In this document: positions 24,590-37,719 of the stretch, piece by piece
How positions within the stretch are numbered: position 1 is the stretch's first letter
Layout of the letters: each line of letters opens with the position of its first letter
DNA from: Lama guanicoe
Taxonomy: Eukaryota
DNA length: 64,000 nt
Reading direction: 5' to 3'
Assembly (NCBI GenBank): GCA_013239625.1
Contig: MU054391.1
Coordinates: forward strand, 2,137,130-2,201,129
The notes under the pieces: generated by a model
The model's input: only the letters and a program-made list of their open reading frames with translations
Told to the model about the DNA's origin: nothing
Databases searched by the model: none
Made by a program: the position numbers and the translations under genes

Positions 24590-25570
24590 CAATTTCCCCA
24601 TTTCTTTTTTTTCCCTTGATCTAAACTGCCTGTGGCTTATTAATTGAATTAATCTTTTCAAATAATTAATTTTGACTTTGTTGATTTACTCTACTTTTCA
24701 TTTTCTATTCCGCTGATTTCTTATTTTTATTACCATTTTCTTTTTTCTCTTTTGATTTGCTTATATGTTCTAGATTTTTAAGATGTAAAATTAGATTGGC
24801 TTCATATTTCTAATTTGTGCATTTTGGTCTATACATTTTCCTCTAAGCACTGCTTTATCAGCATTCTACAAAATTTCAATATGCAATATCATATTAGCAT
24901 TTAGTTTAAAATATTTTAAATAGTCCTTGTGATTTATTTGTTTATTTTTGAGATGTTTAGAAGTGTGCTGTTAATTTTTTATATGGCTTTTTAGGAACTC
25001 TCTAGTTGTTTGCTGTTCTGCATTTATCTTCAGAAGATTTCCTCTGATTAATTTTAATCTTGATTTCTTGAGGCTTCCCTTGTGGGTCAGGGTTGGACAA
25101 TTTCTGTACAAGCTGTGTGAGCCCTTAAAAAATGTAAATTCTATTGATGTTGAGTATTTTGTTCTAAGCTGGTTAAGTCAAGTTTGTAAATGGTGCTGTT
25201 AATATCTTGTACATTCTTATTGATTTTTTTTGTCTGCTTGTTCTATCACTATCAAGAGTAACATTTTAGTGGCTTCCACTATGATTGTGGATTTATCTAA
25301 ATTCTCTTTTTGCTTTGTTTCATGCATGCTGGATTCCTATAGATTTAGGATTGTGGTGACTTCTTACTGGACGGACCTCTTTCTCACTGGGAAAGCCCCT
25401 TTTTTAAATCTCTATTATTGTTTCTTTCCTTATACTTTTTATATTAACAAAATCATTTGATTTTAGTTTCACTGGTGTCTCTACATTTTCCTTTCTATCT
25501 TTCCTTTTTAATTGTTCTGTGTTTCTGTGTTTAAAGTGTGTCTCATTGGTAGTGCATATTTAAGAATAAA
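24590..25570 (-). mobile_element. Ancient L1M ORF2 5' (endonuclease-region) remnant
   Basis: T-rich, with ttttcctctaagcactgcttt, tttagaagtgtgctgttaattt and ccactatgattgtggatttatct. Confidence 0.8.
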
Positions 25571-25639
25571 TTCTTGGAGCTGGTATGTTAACTGGAGTGA
25601 TTATTCCTTCTTCCAGCATTTGCCTTCCACTTACTGCAA

Positions 25640-26930
25640 TTTTCAGTTCAGTCTGTACACATGTATAGTGGTTACAGAATCGTTAACTTATATTCCAGGA
25701 AGAAACGACTTTATCAAGTAGCTGGAGTACAGTGTGTGTACAGCTTGTTTTGCTGTAAGTTGTACAGATTCTACTCATTTCCAAAGTCATTTAGGTCAAG
25801 ACCTTTCCCCTGAATCCTCTCAGTGCAGGCTTTTTCATGTATCTGTAATGCAGTTGGGTGGTTTCATCACGTTTTGCATTTCATCTTTGGATACCCCAAG
25901 CTGCTATACACAGAATACATACATACACACATATATATAAAATGTATATCACAATGTGTATCACAATGTATATGTTGTTTATATATATACATGTAATTTG
26001 TACACATTAGGATTCAATCTTTGTGCTGTAAAGTTCTATGCCTTTTGAAGAATGCATAGTGTTATGTATCCACCATCACACAGTCATACAGAATGTTCTC
26101 ACTGCCCTAAAAGACTCCCTGTGCTTCATGCATTTGACCCTCCCTGCCCACAAAAGCTTGGCAACCGCTGACCTTTCCGTCATCCCTATAGTTTTGCTTT
26201 TTTCAGAACGCCAGATAAACAGAAGCACACATGCGCAGCAATAGACTACCTGCCGTCACTCAGCTATGTGCGTATACAACTTATCCATACTGTATGTCTT
26301 CATGGTTCATCTCTTTTTATTGCTAAATAATACTTTTTGTTAGACTTTACTAGAGTTTGTTAATTCAGTCACCGATTTTTGAATATCTTGGTTGCTTCCA
26401 GTTTGGGGCAATTATAAAGTTGCTCTAAACATTCATGTGCATGGTGTTGTATGGATGTATGTTTTCAGTTCAGTTGGTAAATACCGGGCAGTGTGATGGA
26501 TTGTTGGATTGTACGGTAAGTCTATGTTTAGCTTTGCAAAAAGCTGCCAAAATTGTCTTCCGAAATGGCTGCATTCCCACCAGCAGTGGTTAGAATACCT
26601 TTTGCTCTGCATTCGTACCGGAAGTTGGTGTCGTCATATTTTAAATGTCAACTTTGCTGATAGATGTGCAGCAAGCTTTTGTTATTGTTTTAAGTTCTGA
26701 TGGCAAATTGCTACACATAAATTCCTCTGCTCGCTGCTCACCTGTGTGTCTGCTTTGTTCTGGGTTTTGTCCATTTTTAATTGAGTTTTTGTTTTGAGTT
26801 TTTAGTTATTAAATTTCATTATTATTATTATAATTTAGAATTCCTTGTATATTTGTAACCAAGCCCTTAAAAAATATCTGTCTTGGAAACATTTTCATCC
26901 ATTCTCTGACTTGCCCCTTCACCCTCTAAA
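25640..26930 (-). mobile_element. L1MC/L1MD-like 3' UTR and ORF2 end
   Basis: actcatttccaaagtcatttaggtca; gtcatacagaatgttctcactgccctaaaa; cttggttgcttccagtttggggcaattat; cattcccaccagcagtg. Confidence 0.85.
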
Positions 26931-27294
26931 TGATGCCTCCCCTTCACTGGGATCCTGACTGAAGAAAGTGCGTGGAGCCAGCAATGACGGAGCAAATAAC
27001 ATGTGTAATGTTCTCAGAAACAATTATAAAGAAATTTTTTCCACACATTTTGGAAACCTTTGGGGTTTTAGAAATATATTTTCCTATCTAATAATAAAAA
27101 GTCCAAGATACAGAAAGTGTTAGTGATTTTCCCCTTTCCTATTTGCCTCATTAGAAAGCAGAAATAATGAAAGAGTGTATTTCATAAGGTGGAAGATGAT
27201 GGGGGTAGTCTCTGTGACTGCTTAAACAAAGCCTGGGACACAGCGACATCTTCATAACTACTGCCTGTTAACAGCAGTGCCAACATTAACACCA

Positions 27295-27490
27295 GCTGAA
27301 AACTTACGTAGGGCCTAACACATGTTAAACAACAATTCTGAACGTCTTGGCTACATTATTTAATTTCATCCTTTCCCCAGCTTTAGTGGCTAAGACAATC
27401 ATCCTCAGTTTCCAAAGGAGTAAAGTAAGACATAGAAAAGTGAAGTCGCCTCTCAGCGTCCCGCAGGTAGCAGCGGTGGGGGAGGCGGAG
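27295..27490 (-). mobile_element. MIR
   Basis: acattatttaatttcatc..atcatcctcagtttccaaaggagtaaagtaagacatagaaaagtgaagtcgcct. Confidence 0.6.
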
Positions 27491-28109
27491 AAGACGGGCG
27501 TGCGGCGTGCTGGCACGTGACAGTCTTCAGCCCTGGTTGGATGGGGGCCACAAAGGGAAACTCAACAGGAAACGCATCTCGCCCATTTTTTTTCACTATG
27601 AAGGCAAACGTTTTCCTTTCTTTGAAGGAGACAGTGTTTTGCTGGTCTTGGGCCCTTGGCATAAACAGCGGAACAGTGTCTGCCCAGTGGAGGCGCACAA
27701 GGAGCGGGTGAAGTCGCAGGGAAGAGCCTGTAAAGTCATACACGGCTTCCCCGGAAGACCTTTCCTTCTGTTGCTCTTGGCGACAGTGAAGGCATGATGT
27801 GGAATCGTGGGTGTACAAGGCCATAGACACGCACGTGCTTGGCAATCCCTGACTGACAAGGATATTTGCTGACTTTTTAATGGTAGAGCTGGAGGCGACA
27901 GTAGTCGAGACTTGTCCCCTGCTTCCTCCTGTCTGGGAGTCTTGCGGGAGCGTGCGTTGGGGGTTTCCTCTGCTCGTGCTCGCCTGGCTGAGGACCCCCT
28001 CGATTCCCTGGTTTTAAGCAGCACTTATATGCTAACCACACAAACCCAAATCGCAGACTCAGACCTCCCTCCCGAACCCCGCACTCGGCAGTCGGCTGCC
28101 TGCGGAAGC

Positions 28110-28640
28110 CTGGACCTGGGTGCTCAGCGGCCGTCTCAAGCTCAGCACATCCTGCGCTGGGCTCTGAGCTTCCCCCGCTGACTTGCTCCTCCCCGGACTT
28201 CTTCATGGCAGTTGCTGCCAACTCCAGCTTTCTAGTTACTCAGGCCCCAGATCTTAGTCACCCTTGACTCTTCTTTCTCTTTCACTGTGTGCCACAAATC
28301 CATCAGCTCACTCTGTTGGATCTACTCTGAAACATATAGAGACCCTGGCCATTTCTCATCTCTCCCCATGTTCCTCATTCCTTGTCTCTGGTGCTGAGGG
28401 CTCCATCCCTCCCACCTGGATGGCGGCAGGCGCGCGGTACGTTCTCAGTCCAGCCGCTCCTGCACCCTGTAAACGCTGAGTGGAATGCGTCTTGCTTGTG
28501 CTCAGAACTGCAATGAGTTCCACTTTAACTCTGAGGTGAAGTCAGAGTCATCAGCAAGGCCTGGAAGGCACCACGTGAGTTTCCATCGTGGTTAATCCTC
28601 TCACTTACCTCCGATCTCCTTTTCTGAATGATGCCTCTCC
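28110..28640 (+). mobile_element. L2 ORF2/3' remnant
   Basis: tctagttactcaggcccca..agtcacccttgactcttctttctct..aatccatcagc..ctctgttggatctactctgaaacatata. Confidence 0.75.
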
Positions 28641-28829
28641 CACGCCCCGTGCTCGCCGTTGCATTCATCTTGGGGTCGTGTTCTCCTGTCTCAGGAGGCA
28701 GACGCATGTGCAGCGAGAACATACTCAGTTAGAAGCCCCCTGCCAGCAGCTGGGTGCACAACGACAAACACGCCAGAGCACTCAATCTGCTTGAGCCCTT
28801 GAGCACAGAGCTGCAAATGGCCTATATAT

Positions 28830-28960
28830 TCAACCCTGTGAAACTGGTGCTTTATTTGACAGATGAAGAAACTGAAGCACAGAGAGGGTGGGTAACTCGC
28901 TTAAAGTCACTCAGCAGGAAGAAAGGCGAGGCCGGTGCTTGAACACAGGTGACTTCAGCC
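28830..28960 (-). mobile_element. MIR core
   Basis: acagatgaagaaactgaagcacagagagggtgggtaactcgcttaaagtcactcagc. Confidence 0.75.
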
Positions 28961-31315
28961 GGGCTTGCGATCTTCATCTCTGAGCAGAATTCTCCAGTTC
29001 CCACCTGACATGCACGCCTCCCTGGTGAGGGCACCCAGCCTCGTCCTGTAACGAACATTGGGCAGCAGTGATAACATCAGTTTACCCTTTCAATAACCCC
29101 ATAAGGCAAACATAACAAGAACTTCGGTTTTAGGGAGGTCAAAAGCGAGACAAGTTATTTAGGTGTCAGAGGTCCCGGCATTCATTAACAGCAGATCTGC
29201 AATCTCAAACCCAGTCTGCTGAGTCTTTACAAACCGTGCGATGCTTCCCTGCGTGTGGCTCGTGGTGTCGGCCATGCAGAGGGAAGCGCTGGTCTCTGTG
29301 ATCATCACCATCCCCACAAAAAACTCACAGGGAACAGCAGTGATCGCATCAGCAAGGTAAGAGATGACAAAGGTTTTGAGCTGAGGGACAGATAGTTCCT
29401 GCAGGCTGCTGCCAGGGGCGCGCCGGGGCAGCGCTAAGATGCTCCCTTCACCTCCAAACCCACCTGTTTGCCGGGAGCAGGGAAGCTCTTAGAGCATCAC
29501 AGGATCCTGCCGGAGAGCTGGCAGGAGGCCCTTCCTGGTGTGACTTTGTCACACGTACACTCAGCACTCCCTTAGCGACCTTCCTGACTTCCACCGGCTG
29601 AAGAAGGCGCGCTCCAGGGGAACGACTCCACCTGACTCAGGGCGGGACGAGCTTCCGTGGCCCCACCCAGCCGAGCCCCATCTCTGAGCTTGTCCAGCCT
29701 TCCTCCTCAGCCAGGGTTGTTCTTTCTGGCGTCCTTATCAACCGTGTGACCTGGGGGAGTTTCCAGGTTCATTTTCGCTCCCTATGTGAGGTCTGCCCAG
29801 CAGGAGTGGCAGGGCCTCCCCCCGCTTCCGGAGACGCCCCTGCTCGGGTAGCCCTGGGCCCGCGGCCAGGCCGAGCGCTCAGAATCCCCTGGTGAGGACG
29901 CCATCGAACACCTCCGGGGGCCTGACCAGAGCGGCGTGCAGCCCATTCTGGGAAGTAAGACTAGAAATCGCTTTATTCATGAAAGTTCTGTCATTACTTT
30001 TTTCATCCTGAAACTTTGGCCTACAGTGTTGTTTTTTAATGCTAAACATGTCAATGAAAACTTATCATCCGCTCATAAAATAAAAAAAAAAAACGGAAAA
30101 TGTCTGTCCTCACTGAGGAATAATTTGTTGCATAAAGTCGATATGACTTTAGGGAGAAACGTGAAACCGCTCACTCACGCACGCCCCATCCTCACACAAA
30201 AAGGCTCTCAACACGTCTTTTACTCTTTGACGTCTGTGCCAAGTGAGCGTCCCTCAGATGCGCCCATATGTCCCCAAATATGTGCCTCCCCCCTTCATTA
30301 TGGCCGGTTAATAGATGTGGCAGGTTAGATTAATTATGACTTAAAGCTCGGCTTTCCACAGGAAGATGAAAATCCAGCTTTCAGATACAATGTGTCTTAA
30401 AATATGACTGATTTTCTCTAAAAAAAAAACCTGTCAAAACATGACATGTCAGATCCCGTTTCCTTCCACCAACACATCACAATCTGTTTTGATGGAGGAG
30501 GGATATATTTTAATTATTTGTTTTTAATCTGACTCCAGACGTGACATATGGCGCTTCGTTAAGCCCTCTCTGCATCTTCTGGTAAACACAAAGCAAGCTG
30601 TACAAAGTTACTTAACTTCTGGGGTCACAGTTATTTTTAAGACCTTCCATTATTTCTGATGAGGTTGAATGACTCCTTCAACCTTCCAGCCCCCCAGTAA
30701 AAACAACACCAAAACCACAAAAACCCTCCCAAAGATCGGAGTGCCATCCATTTTGAAAGCCTTGCCAGGGATCAGTCACAGTGGACATCAGCGGCGGGCA
30801 GGACGCGTTCCCTGGACGAGGAAGGGTGTGAACAAGGATGGAGGACTAGTGTCTTTCCCCTCCGACATGAGGACACGCTGAGTGAACCGAGAGGGAATGC
30901 CTGCAACAGCCACCACTGGCAGACTGTGGAAGGAGCCCCTTGTGCCTCGGCCCCACCTCAAGAGGACGACAGCGGGCCATTGGCTGTTCTGGCTTTACGC
31001 GACCTGCCTGACCAATGCCTTGTCTGCTGTGGCGCAGGGAAGTGATTCTGGTATTTTTTTTTCTATTATGGGGAGGCCAATTTAACAACACTGTCGATGA
31101 ACAAGAATTTTATGTAAACATAACGAGAAAATTTTATCCTACCTTAAAAAACATTAAAAAACTTATATTCAGGAATTTCTTTAAAAAAAAACCCTTCAAA
31201 CAAAGAAAGGAAAATAACAGCACAAGAACGTGCAGATGCTAACGCGGACGACCACCTAGGAGCTTAGGTTAGCGTTATCCAGGCACCTGGAAGCGATCGA
31301 TGACTTGCAGAGCGA

Positions 31316-31445
31316 TGCATTCATTCATTCATCAGTTCATATGACAAACACTGACTGGGCGTGTAGAAGCCGCTTTGCCCTGAGCTAAATGACTGAGGAC
31401 TGGGAAGAGGAGACGCCACCCCTGCTTTGAAGCAGTTCTTAGTGT
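31316..31445 (-). mobile_element. L2 3' end
   Basis: (cattcatt)n tail, then caaacactgactgggcg..cccctgctttgaagcagttcttagt. Confidence 0.5.
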
Positions 31446-34400
31446 TAAAGAGAACGATGTTGGCGAGCACAAGGGAAGCGGATGTCGCCAAGAGGTTCCA
31501 GCCAGGGTCGTCTGAGCGAAGGCGAGACGCAGGGCCGTTCAGGGTCTGGACTCTGGGGTCGGCCCTAAGGTTCCAGGCTGCTGGCTCACAACCTGTTAAT
31601 GTCTATGAAGAGCCATGAACATATGTCAGCTAATCCACTCAGCACAACAGTTTCATTTATTAAAGTTAATTTCTAGTGTCAGTTTGCTAATTAAGAAGCC
31701 ACTGTTTCCTCTGATGAAGATTTAGCATTTATTCTATTAACTAGAAAGCCTCTGGCATCGATGAGTGATAACGCATAGTTGAAAGAACTTACATTAGCTT
31801 TCCCGAAATTTGGGATTCCAGAGTAAACGCTAGCTTCCCCCCGGCGCTGGGTTCTGGGGACGAGGAACACGGAGTGCGCTGTCCCATGTGAGGGCGCGCA
31901 CGCTCGCACCCTGGAAGGCTGAGATGCCGTCACAGAGCTCACAGTAGTCCCCTCCAGGACGTGAGGCTTAGGGCGGGAGGAACCTCTCTGCTGAGCCCAT
32001 CAGGGCATCCCCACTGCATGTCCCATGTCCAGCACACGCTGGACACTCAGCAAACATCTCCTGACCATCTCTATCAAAAGCAGTTAGTACGCAGCTCACT
32101 GAGGAGGTGGAGGCACAGAGGCTAACACCCAGCGTGGGAGAGAGGGAGACTCCAGGGAAAACAGCACGCATTCCATCCATTTCTGTCGACAAGATACCCG
32201 AGGATGCAAGATAAGACTCTGTCTCAATTCGGCGGCATTCTATCTCCAGTGAGGTGGGTGCAATTCAGGCGGGTAAGGCGTGCGATGGTCCCTTGTACGG
32301 GATACACGTGCAGGGAAGACAGCGTTTGGAATTCGCCTTCCAGGATGTTGAATCGGTCATTCTGTACAACTCAACTTTTGCCATTTTCATAAAGTCCAAA
32401 TTCTCAAAATATCATTACCAGGTTAATTTGACTCTATTTGACTGTGTAATAAAGATTCTACCTACAGAGATGGCCGAAACCGAGTAAACATCCTGTATTT
32501 CTGTCCTAGGGTTTTCTGTATGGATTAAAGTTTAAAGCTAGAGGTTCAAATGCAAAGATACAGTCACGGGCGGAGAGGTAAGCAGAACCCAGGGAGACGG
32601 GGAAGGAGGCATGGTGAGTGTCCTAGAACTCGACCTTGAACTCCAGCATGAGAGGAAATGCTCTTTGAATAAGAGACCAGTGAGAAACAGGCAAAACCTG
32701 TGCTGAGGCAGAAGCAGGTGAGGACGTTCCCCGCAGGGTGGAAGTACTGAACGTGGGGGACGTGTTCCTCACCGAAGAAGTCCATCCCGATCATTTCAAA
32801 GGACCGGAAATTACGATCCCAGAGCAGTGAAAGCTGCAGTCCCGCTGGAGAACAGCAGAATTCCAAGAACGTTGCTGGGATTACTCTTCCAGCCACAGGA
32901 ACACGCTTGCAGTCACAAGAGTGGTCCCACTGGAGCCCGTCCATGGTGCCCACAAATGTACAAGACCCGGGAGAGACTGGAGACCCCACAGGACAACGTG
33001 CATTTTGGCAGTTCCGTGGGCGTAATTTGCCTGGAGAGCTTCCCCGAATGAGCCATGATGGCCAGGCCGGAGCAGGTGCCATCTAAACATCGGTGTAAGC
33101 TCGCCACAGCTGGAGCCAGCACGCTCCCAAGAGGAAAGGATGTGCTGTGCAGTGCCAACTGCTTCTCGCATCTCCTGGTTGGAGTTTGAGCCAAAAGAAA
33201 GCAGACAAATTTCCAGAAGTCACCTCGACACTTCATTCCTGTCTGAGAGGCTCTGATCCAACAGCAACACATGGAGAAGAAAAGGAACCCCAGATACATG
33301 CTTACACAGTAACTCAAGCAGAACACGAGGGGCTCCTTTAGGGCCGTGTTCTCAGCCAGAGCTCTCCGATCCTCCTCCTGCACCGGTGAGCTTTGACTCA
33401 ATGAGGATTTATTTTTAATATGGTGTTTTCCTAAAGTAAAATAAGAACAAGGAAAGAAAAAAGAAATCCAGGAATAACCACGAAAGTGAGAAAGTTTGGT
33501 GCTTCCTGATGAAACCCCCAACGGGACTGCCTAACTTACAAGACGCTTTACAGAAAAAGAGATAAAAGCCAGTGTCCGTGGGCACCAAGCAAGCCGGGGA
33601 AGGCCAGGCTGCCCGCTCCCGGCACCTTTCCCAGAAGAAAAGGAAATGTCATGGCTCAGACAAGCAGGAGACAAGTTCGCCATTAAAAATATTTTAATGG
33701 CCTTCTAAACGATTTCTTAAAGTGAGAAATCTAGGAGAGACAATTTGAAATAAACCCTCGTGGAATTTATTCCTCATCTGGCAAGAAAACTCTCTGGAAA
33801 TCCAAAGGAAAACAATGGGCCAGCCTTGCTATTTGTTAATGACAGAATTAGGAACCGCGAGGGTCTCGCAGAGTGACTTACCGGAAGTGTTACTGAATCC
33901 TGAAATCTGGTGCGTGGCCTGCAGCGATAGCCAGAAGGGGGTTCGCAGTCCCAAACCAGAGCAGTTACTGCTCAAAGGGGAACTTGCTTTGTGGTATTTG
34001 TGCGGTAGTTGCGGTGATGACAGGGGTGTGCCTTGGTTGAGAAGACCCTGGATTTGCCGAGAAAAAGCAACCTTATGGTCAACCAGTGACCTTCAAAGTT
34101 GAAGTAAGTCCATCAGTGACTACGGAATTCCGCAGAGCAGAGAGCAGTCCCTTGGATCTACTCGAATATCATAGGATCCTATGGCTTTAGAAATAAGGAA
34201 CTTTATTATCCTTCAGTAACAGCAGACCCTGAACTGTGTTACATTGGGGAATGTTTTCCTAAAACCAAATTTAATACAATTAAAAAAAACTGAAAAGAAA
34301 TGTCACATTTTTGCACCTGAGTGGACTCAGGCAAGTTAATAATTAATTAAGCTTCGGGCTATTCACTAGAAATTTTTCAAAATAACATAAGCTAGTCCCT

Positions 34401-35529
34401 GCTCTCCATTGTGGAGGCTAAGCGTGGACACTGCATGGCTCCTCTGTTTGTTCTGGCCCGCTGACACCTAAGAGCACAGACACTTTCATGTAAATGTTGT
34501 TTGGATATTCGACAGACTAAACTCAAATGCATATTTTTTCAATAATGAGTAAGATAACATGAATGCTGTAATTTTCGTCACAATAAAGATCACGGGAAAG
34601 TGATTAAGAAAGATGATTCATGGAAGAGACTTTTAAATCTTCCATTTGTCAAAAAGTATTCTAGTGACTCCAAAGATGATCCAAGAAGAGCAATCTTTTT
34701 ATGAAACAGATACATTTTTCTACGTGATCTTAGATTTTCTCTATCATCTTCATACTCTCTCATCTTGTTCCAAAGACATTGAGCAAACAATATATACTGC
34801 TTGTATGAAGACCAACAGGATGCCATCAGTCTCCGGCATGTCTGAAGTACAGTGCAAGGACTGAAAGCAAATTCCTTTCATTCAAAATAAAGGCAACTGA
34901 GGGAAAGCAAAGTCTTACGGAACAGGAAAGGATCGGCCTTAGAGACATCATGGGATACGTGGAAGTTAGATACTCAGTTCACACACTAGAGCAGCTTTCT
35001 TCACCTACACTCATGGAAACCCAATGTGAAATAAATTTCAGAAGTTTAAAGCAAAAGCTAAAACATCAGTTGCTCATTAGATAACAAATTAGCTGAAATA
35101 AAGAGGATTCATTTTTTTCCCTGAGTTACAGTGCTCTCACTGAATAATATCATAAAAGTATTTGAGCAATGTAATAATATTAAGACATGATTACTGAACG
35201 AAATCAAAAGCAAGAATGACAACACCAGAGCCTTTCAGCCTTTCCGTTCTCTCCCACGTCAGCAACTATCTGACTATTTCAGTTCTCCTCAAATTCCCCC
35301 GTCCCTGCATCCATTACGACATTTGAAGAAACATAACACTTTATCTTTTTTACTTGTAAATCAATCCTTTCAGGCCTCACGAAACTCTTGGGAACAGACA
35401 TTAAAGTCTGATCCCCATTTTACAAAAGAGGAAACTGAAGGTGACGAAAATGAGTGATGTCCTTTAGAATTTCAGAGCACTCTTTCCGAGACAATAGCCC
35501 TCAGCTTTGCAGAAAGCACTTGTAAAGAC

Positions 35530-35819
35530 ACCAGAATCCTCAGGCGCAGTGGCTCAGGGAAAGGAGCCAGCCTAAAACGGCCATGCACGGTGCAGTCTCA
35601 CCCCGAGGACAGTCCGGAAAAGGCAAAATCAAAGAGACAGTGGAAGCATCAGTGGCTGCGAGGAGCTGGGAGAGCAGAGAGGTGAACAGATGGAGCCCGA
35701 GGGCTTTAGGAGAGCGAGTGGTTCTGTGGGACCCCACAGTTGTGGACACGTCAGCTTATATGTCTGTGAAAACCTACAGAATGTGCAACACCCAGAGAGG
35801 CCTCTGTGGACTTGAGTCA
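35530..35819 (+). mobile_element. L1MC1-3-like 3' UTR, 5' part (interrupted by MLT1A0)
   Basis: ccggaaaaggcaaaatcaaagagacagt..tcagtggctgcgagg..aaaacctacagaatgtgcaacaccc. Confidence 0.8.
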
Positions 35820-36168
35820 AAGCGATAAACTGTGTCCTGCTCAGATGCACACGTTGGAATCCTAAACCCACAAGGGATTTGTAATAGGCGGTGGGGCCTT
35901 TGGGAGGTGACTACGTCACAAGTGTGAAGCCTCATAAGTGGGTTTGGTGCCTTTGCAAAAGGGACCCCAGAGAGCTCTCTCACCCTCTTTCCTCCAAGCG
36001 GACACCCAGGAGGCACTGCCTTCTGCAGGCAGGAAGAGGGCCTCCCCAGGACCGACCACGCCGGCACCCTGACCTTGGGCTTCCAGCCTCCAGCGCTGTA
36101 GGACATCAGTCCCTGTTTCTAAGCCACTCAGTCCATGGCATTTTGATTTGGCAGCCGAAACTAAGACA
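35820..36168 (+). mobile_element. MLT1A/MLT1A0 solo LTR
   Basis: ggtggggcctttgggaggtga..gaccccagagagct..ggcaccctgaccttgggcttccagcctccag..ctaagaca. The degenerate TSD is agtca/ggtca. Confidence 0.88.
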
Positions 36169-36345
36169 GGTCAGTGATGATGCGCCAGTACCGGTTCCTC
36201 AGTCGCCGCAGGCGTAACTCCCCCGCAGGACGCTCACGGCCAAGGAGGCGGGGTGCGCGCGGGGCGGGTTGTACGGGAGCTCCCCGTCCTTACTGCTCAG
36301 CTCTTCTGTAAACTTAACACTGCTCCCAAAATTAGTCTGTTAACC
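36169..36345 (+). mobile_element. L1MC 3' UTR, 3' part
   Basis: Resumes the L1MC consensus (gtgatgatgcgccagtaccggttcctcagt..ctgtaaacttaacactgctcccaaaattagtctgttaa). Confidence 0.75.
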
Positions 36346-37650
36346 CAGAAGAAGTATCGCGAACACATGCCTGTGCCCCTTTCCACGTGCAGATACTCTG
36401 ATCTCACTTCAGGATGCCCTGTGTGACTCCGAAGGTGGCGCCCGCCCAGGTGTAAAGGCAGGTGCCGCGCCGACGCCAGGTTCCCTCCGGCGGGTGGCCC
36501 CACGTCCGCGGGTTGTGCGCCCAGGCCTCGCTCGCTGGCCGCGCCCCGGGCGGGCTTCTCCGAGTGTGGGTTTCAGGGTGAGCTCCCCAGGCTGAGGGAG
36601 AGGATGGTACCCCCCGGATAGGAGAAAACGCCCCGTAACTGTGAGGAAACAGGTGAGTAACCTGCAAAAGCATGATCTTCTGAGACCATCGGCACTGAGG
36701 CTGCGAGACCACCGCGTGACCTGAACTCCCCCTGAGGGCAGCGGGGCACGGGGACCGAACCGTGACACTCGGGCGCCCTCTGGGGGGGGGGGGTGGGAGA
36801 GAGCAGTGACGTGGTGGTGGTGTAAGGGGCTCCTTAAAGCCCGGGCCCCCAGGGGGCAGGCGGGAACCCCTGGGAGCCAGAGACACACAGAGCGCGGCCC
36901 CCGGCTGGCTCTTCTCCGTGGAGCAGCTCCAGATGCTCACAGGAGGGGCCGTGGGCCCCCTTGAGGCCGGGAAGCCCCCTCCCCACCTCAGTGGCACGGG
37001 TGTGCCAGCCCCTGCTGTGATGCAGGCAGACGGCAGGGTGCGGCTGACACCCACTGAGAGGGGACAGGAAACACCCCCTTGTAGTCCTTTCATGACTCCA
37101 GCAAAAGCTAACTGTCGCCGAGGGTGGGTGGGGGACCCCCTCACGCCCAGGATTCTGCTCTGCTGGCACAAACGTGGAGGCGCACTGGGGCGGGGGCAGG
37201 GAACTCACACAGCCCGGGGTCCTCACCGGTGCCGAGCTCGGGCTGCCACGCGTGGGCACGTGTGTGCAGGGCCGTGCGCACGGAGGGAGGCACAGGGCCT
37301 GGCGCTGGGGGAAGCAAGGATGCTCAGACAGTCTTGCTCCTCAGGCTCACACAGCGGAGCCCCTCAGCCTGAGTCTGAGGCTGCAGCAGGGAATCAGAGG
37401 ACTCCTGCCCCATCACAAGCTTCGCTCCAGCAGCAGCAAAGTCCGCCCCTGAGAGGGGCCGGGTCAGGGCCATGAGGGCTCGGAGCAGAGCAAGAGACTG
37501 CTGCCCCCGCACTCCGGGTGTCGCACCGAGTCCCGGGCTGGGGGAGCGCACTCCTCAGGGGATCTGAAGCCCGTGGTCGCTCAGGTAACTCCAGAAACCG
37601 CAGAGCCCAAGTGGGGCTCAGCTGCGGACTGAGGGGACTGGCAGCGCGCG
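36180..37650. other. GC/CpG-rich block (part L1MC 3' UTR, possibly old L1M 5' UTR-derived) with a G13 run
   Basis: Dense CpG and polyG at 36782-36793. It lies directly 5' of the L1M ORF1 remnant. Confidence 0.5.
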
Positions 37651-37719
37651 GAAGGGCCTGGCAGGAGAAGGGGCAAGTCCATGTCTGGGCGGGGGTAAAT
37701 ACTCTGTTTCTTCAGAGAC

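Noticed and set aside
32564..33521. 172- and 202-aa minus-strand ORFs
   Set aside because: No recognisable protein and no coherent splice-site framing.
34590..34864. Protein-like ORFs as a possible pseudogene or exon
   Set aside because: No family recognised in any frame; insufficient evidence without BLASTX.
36404..37475. Several 140-255 aa overlapping ORFs
   Set aside because: Both strands are open in a GC-rich, repeat-associated block, which is an artefact pattern.
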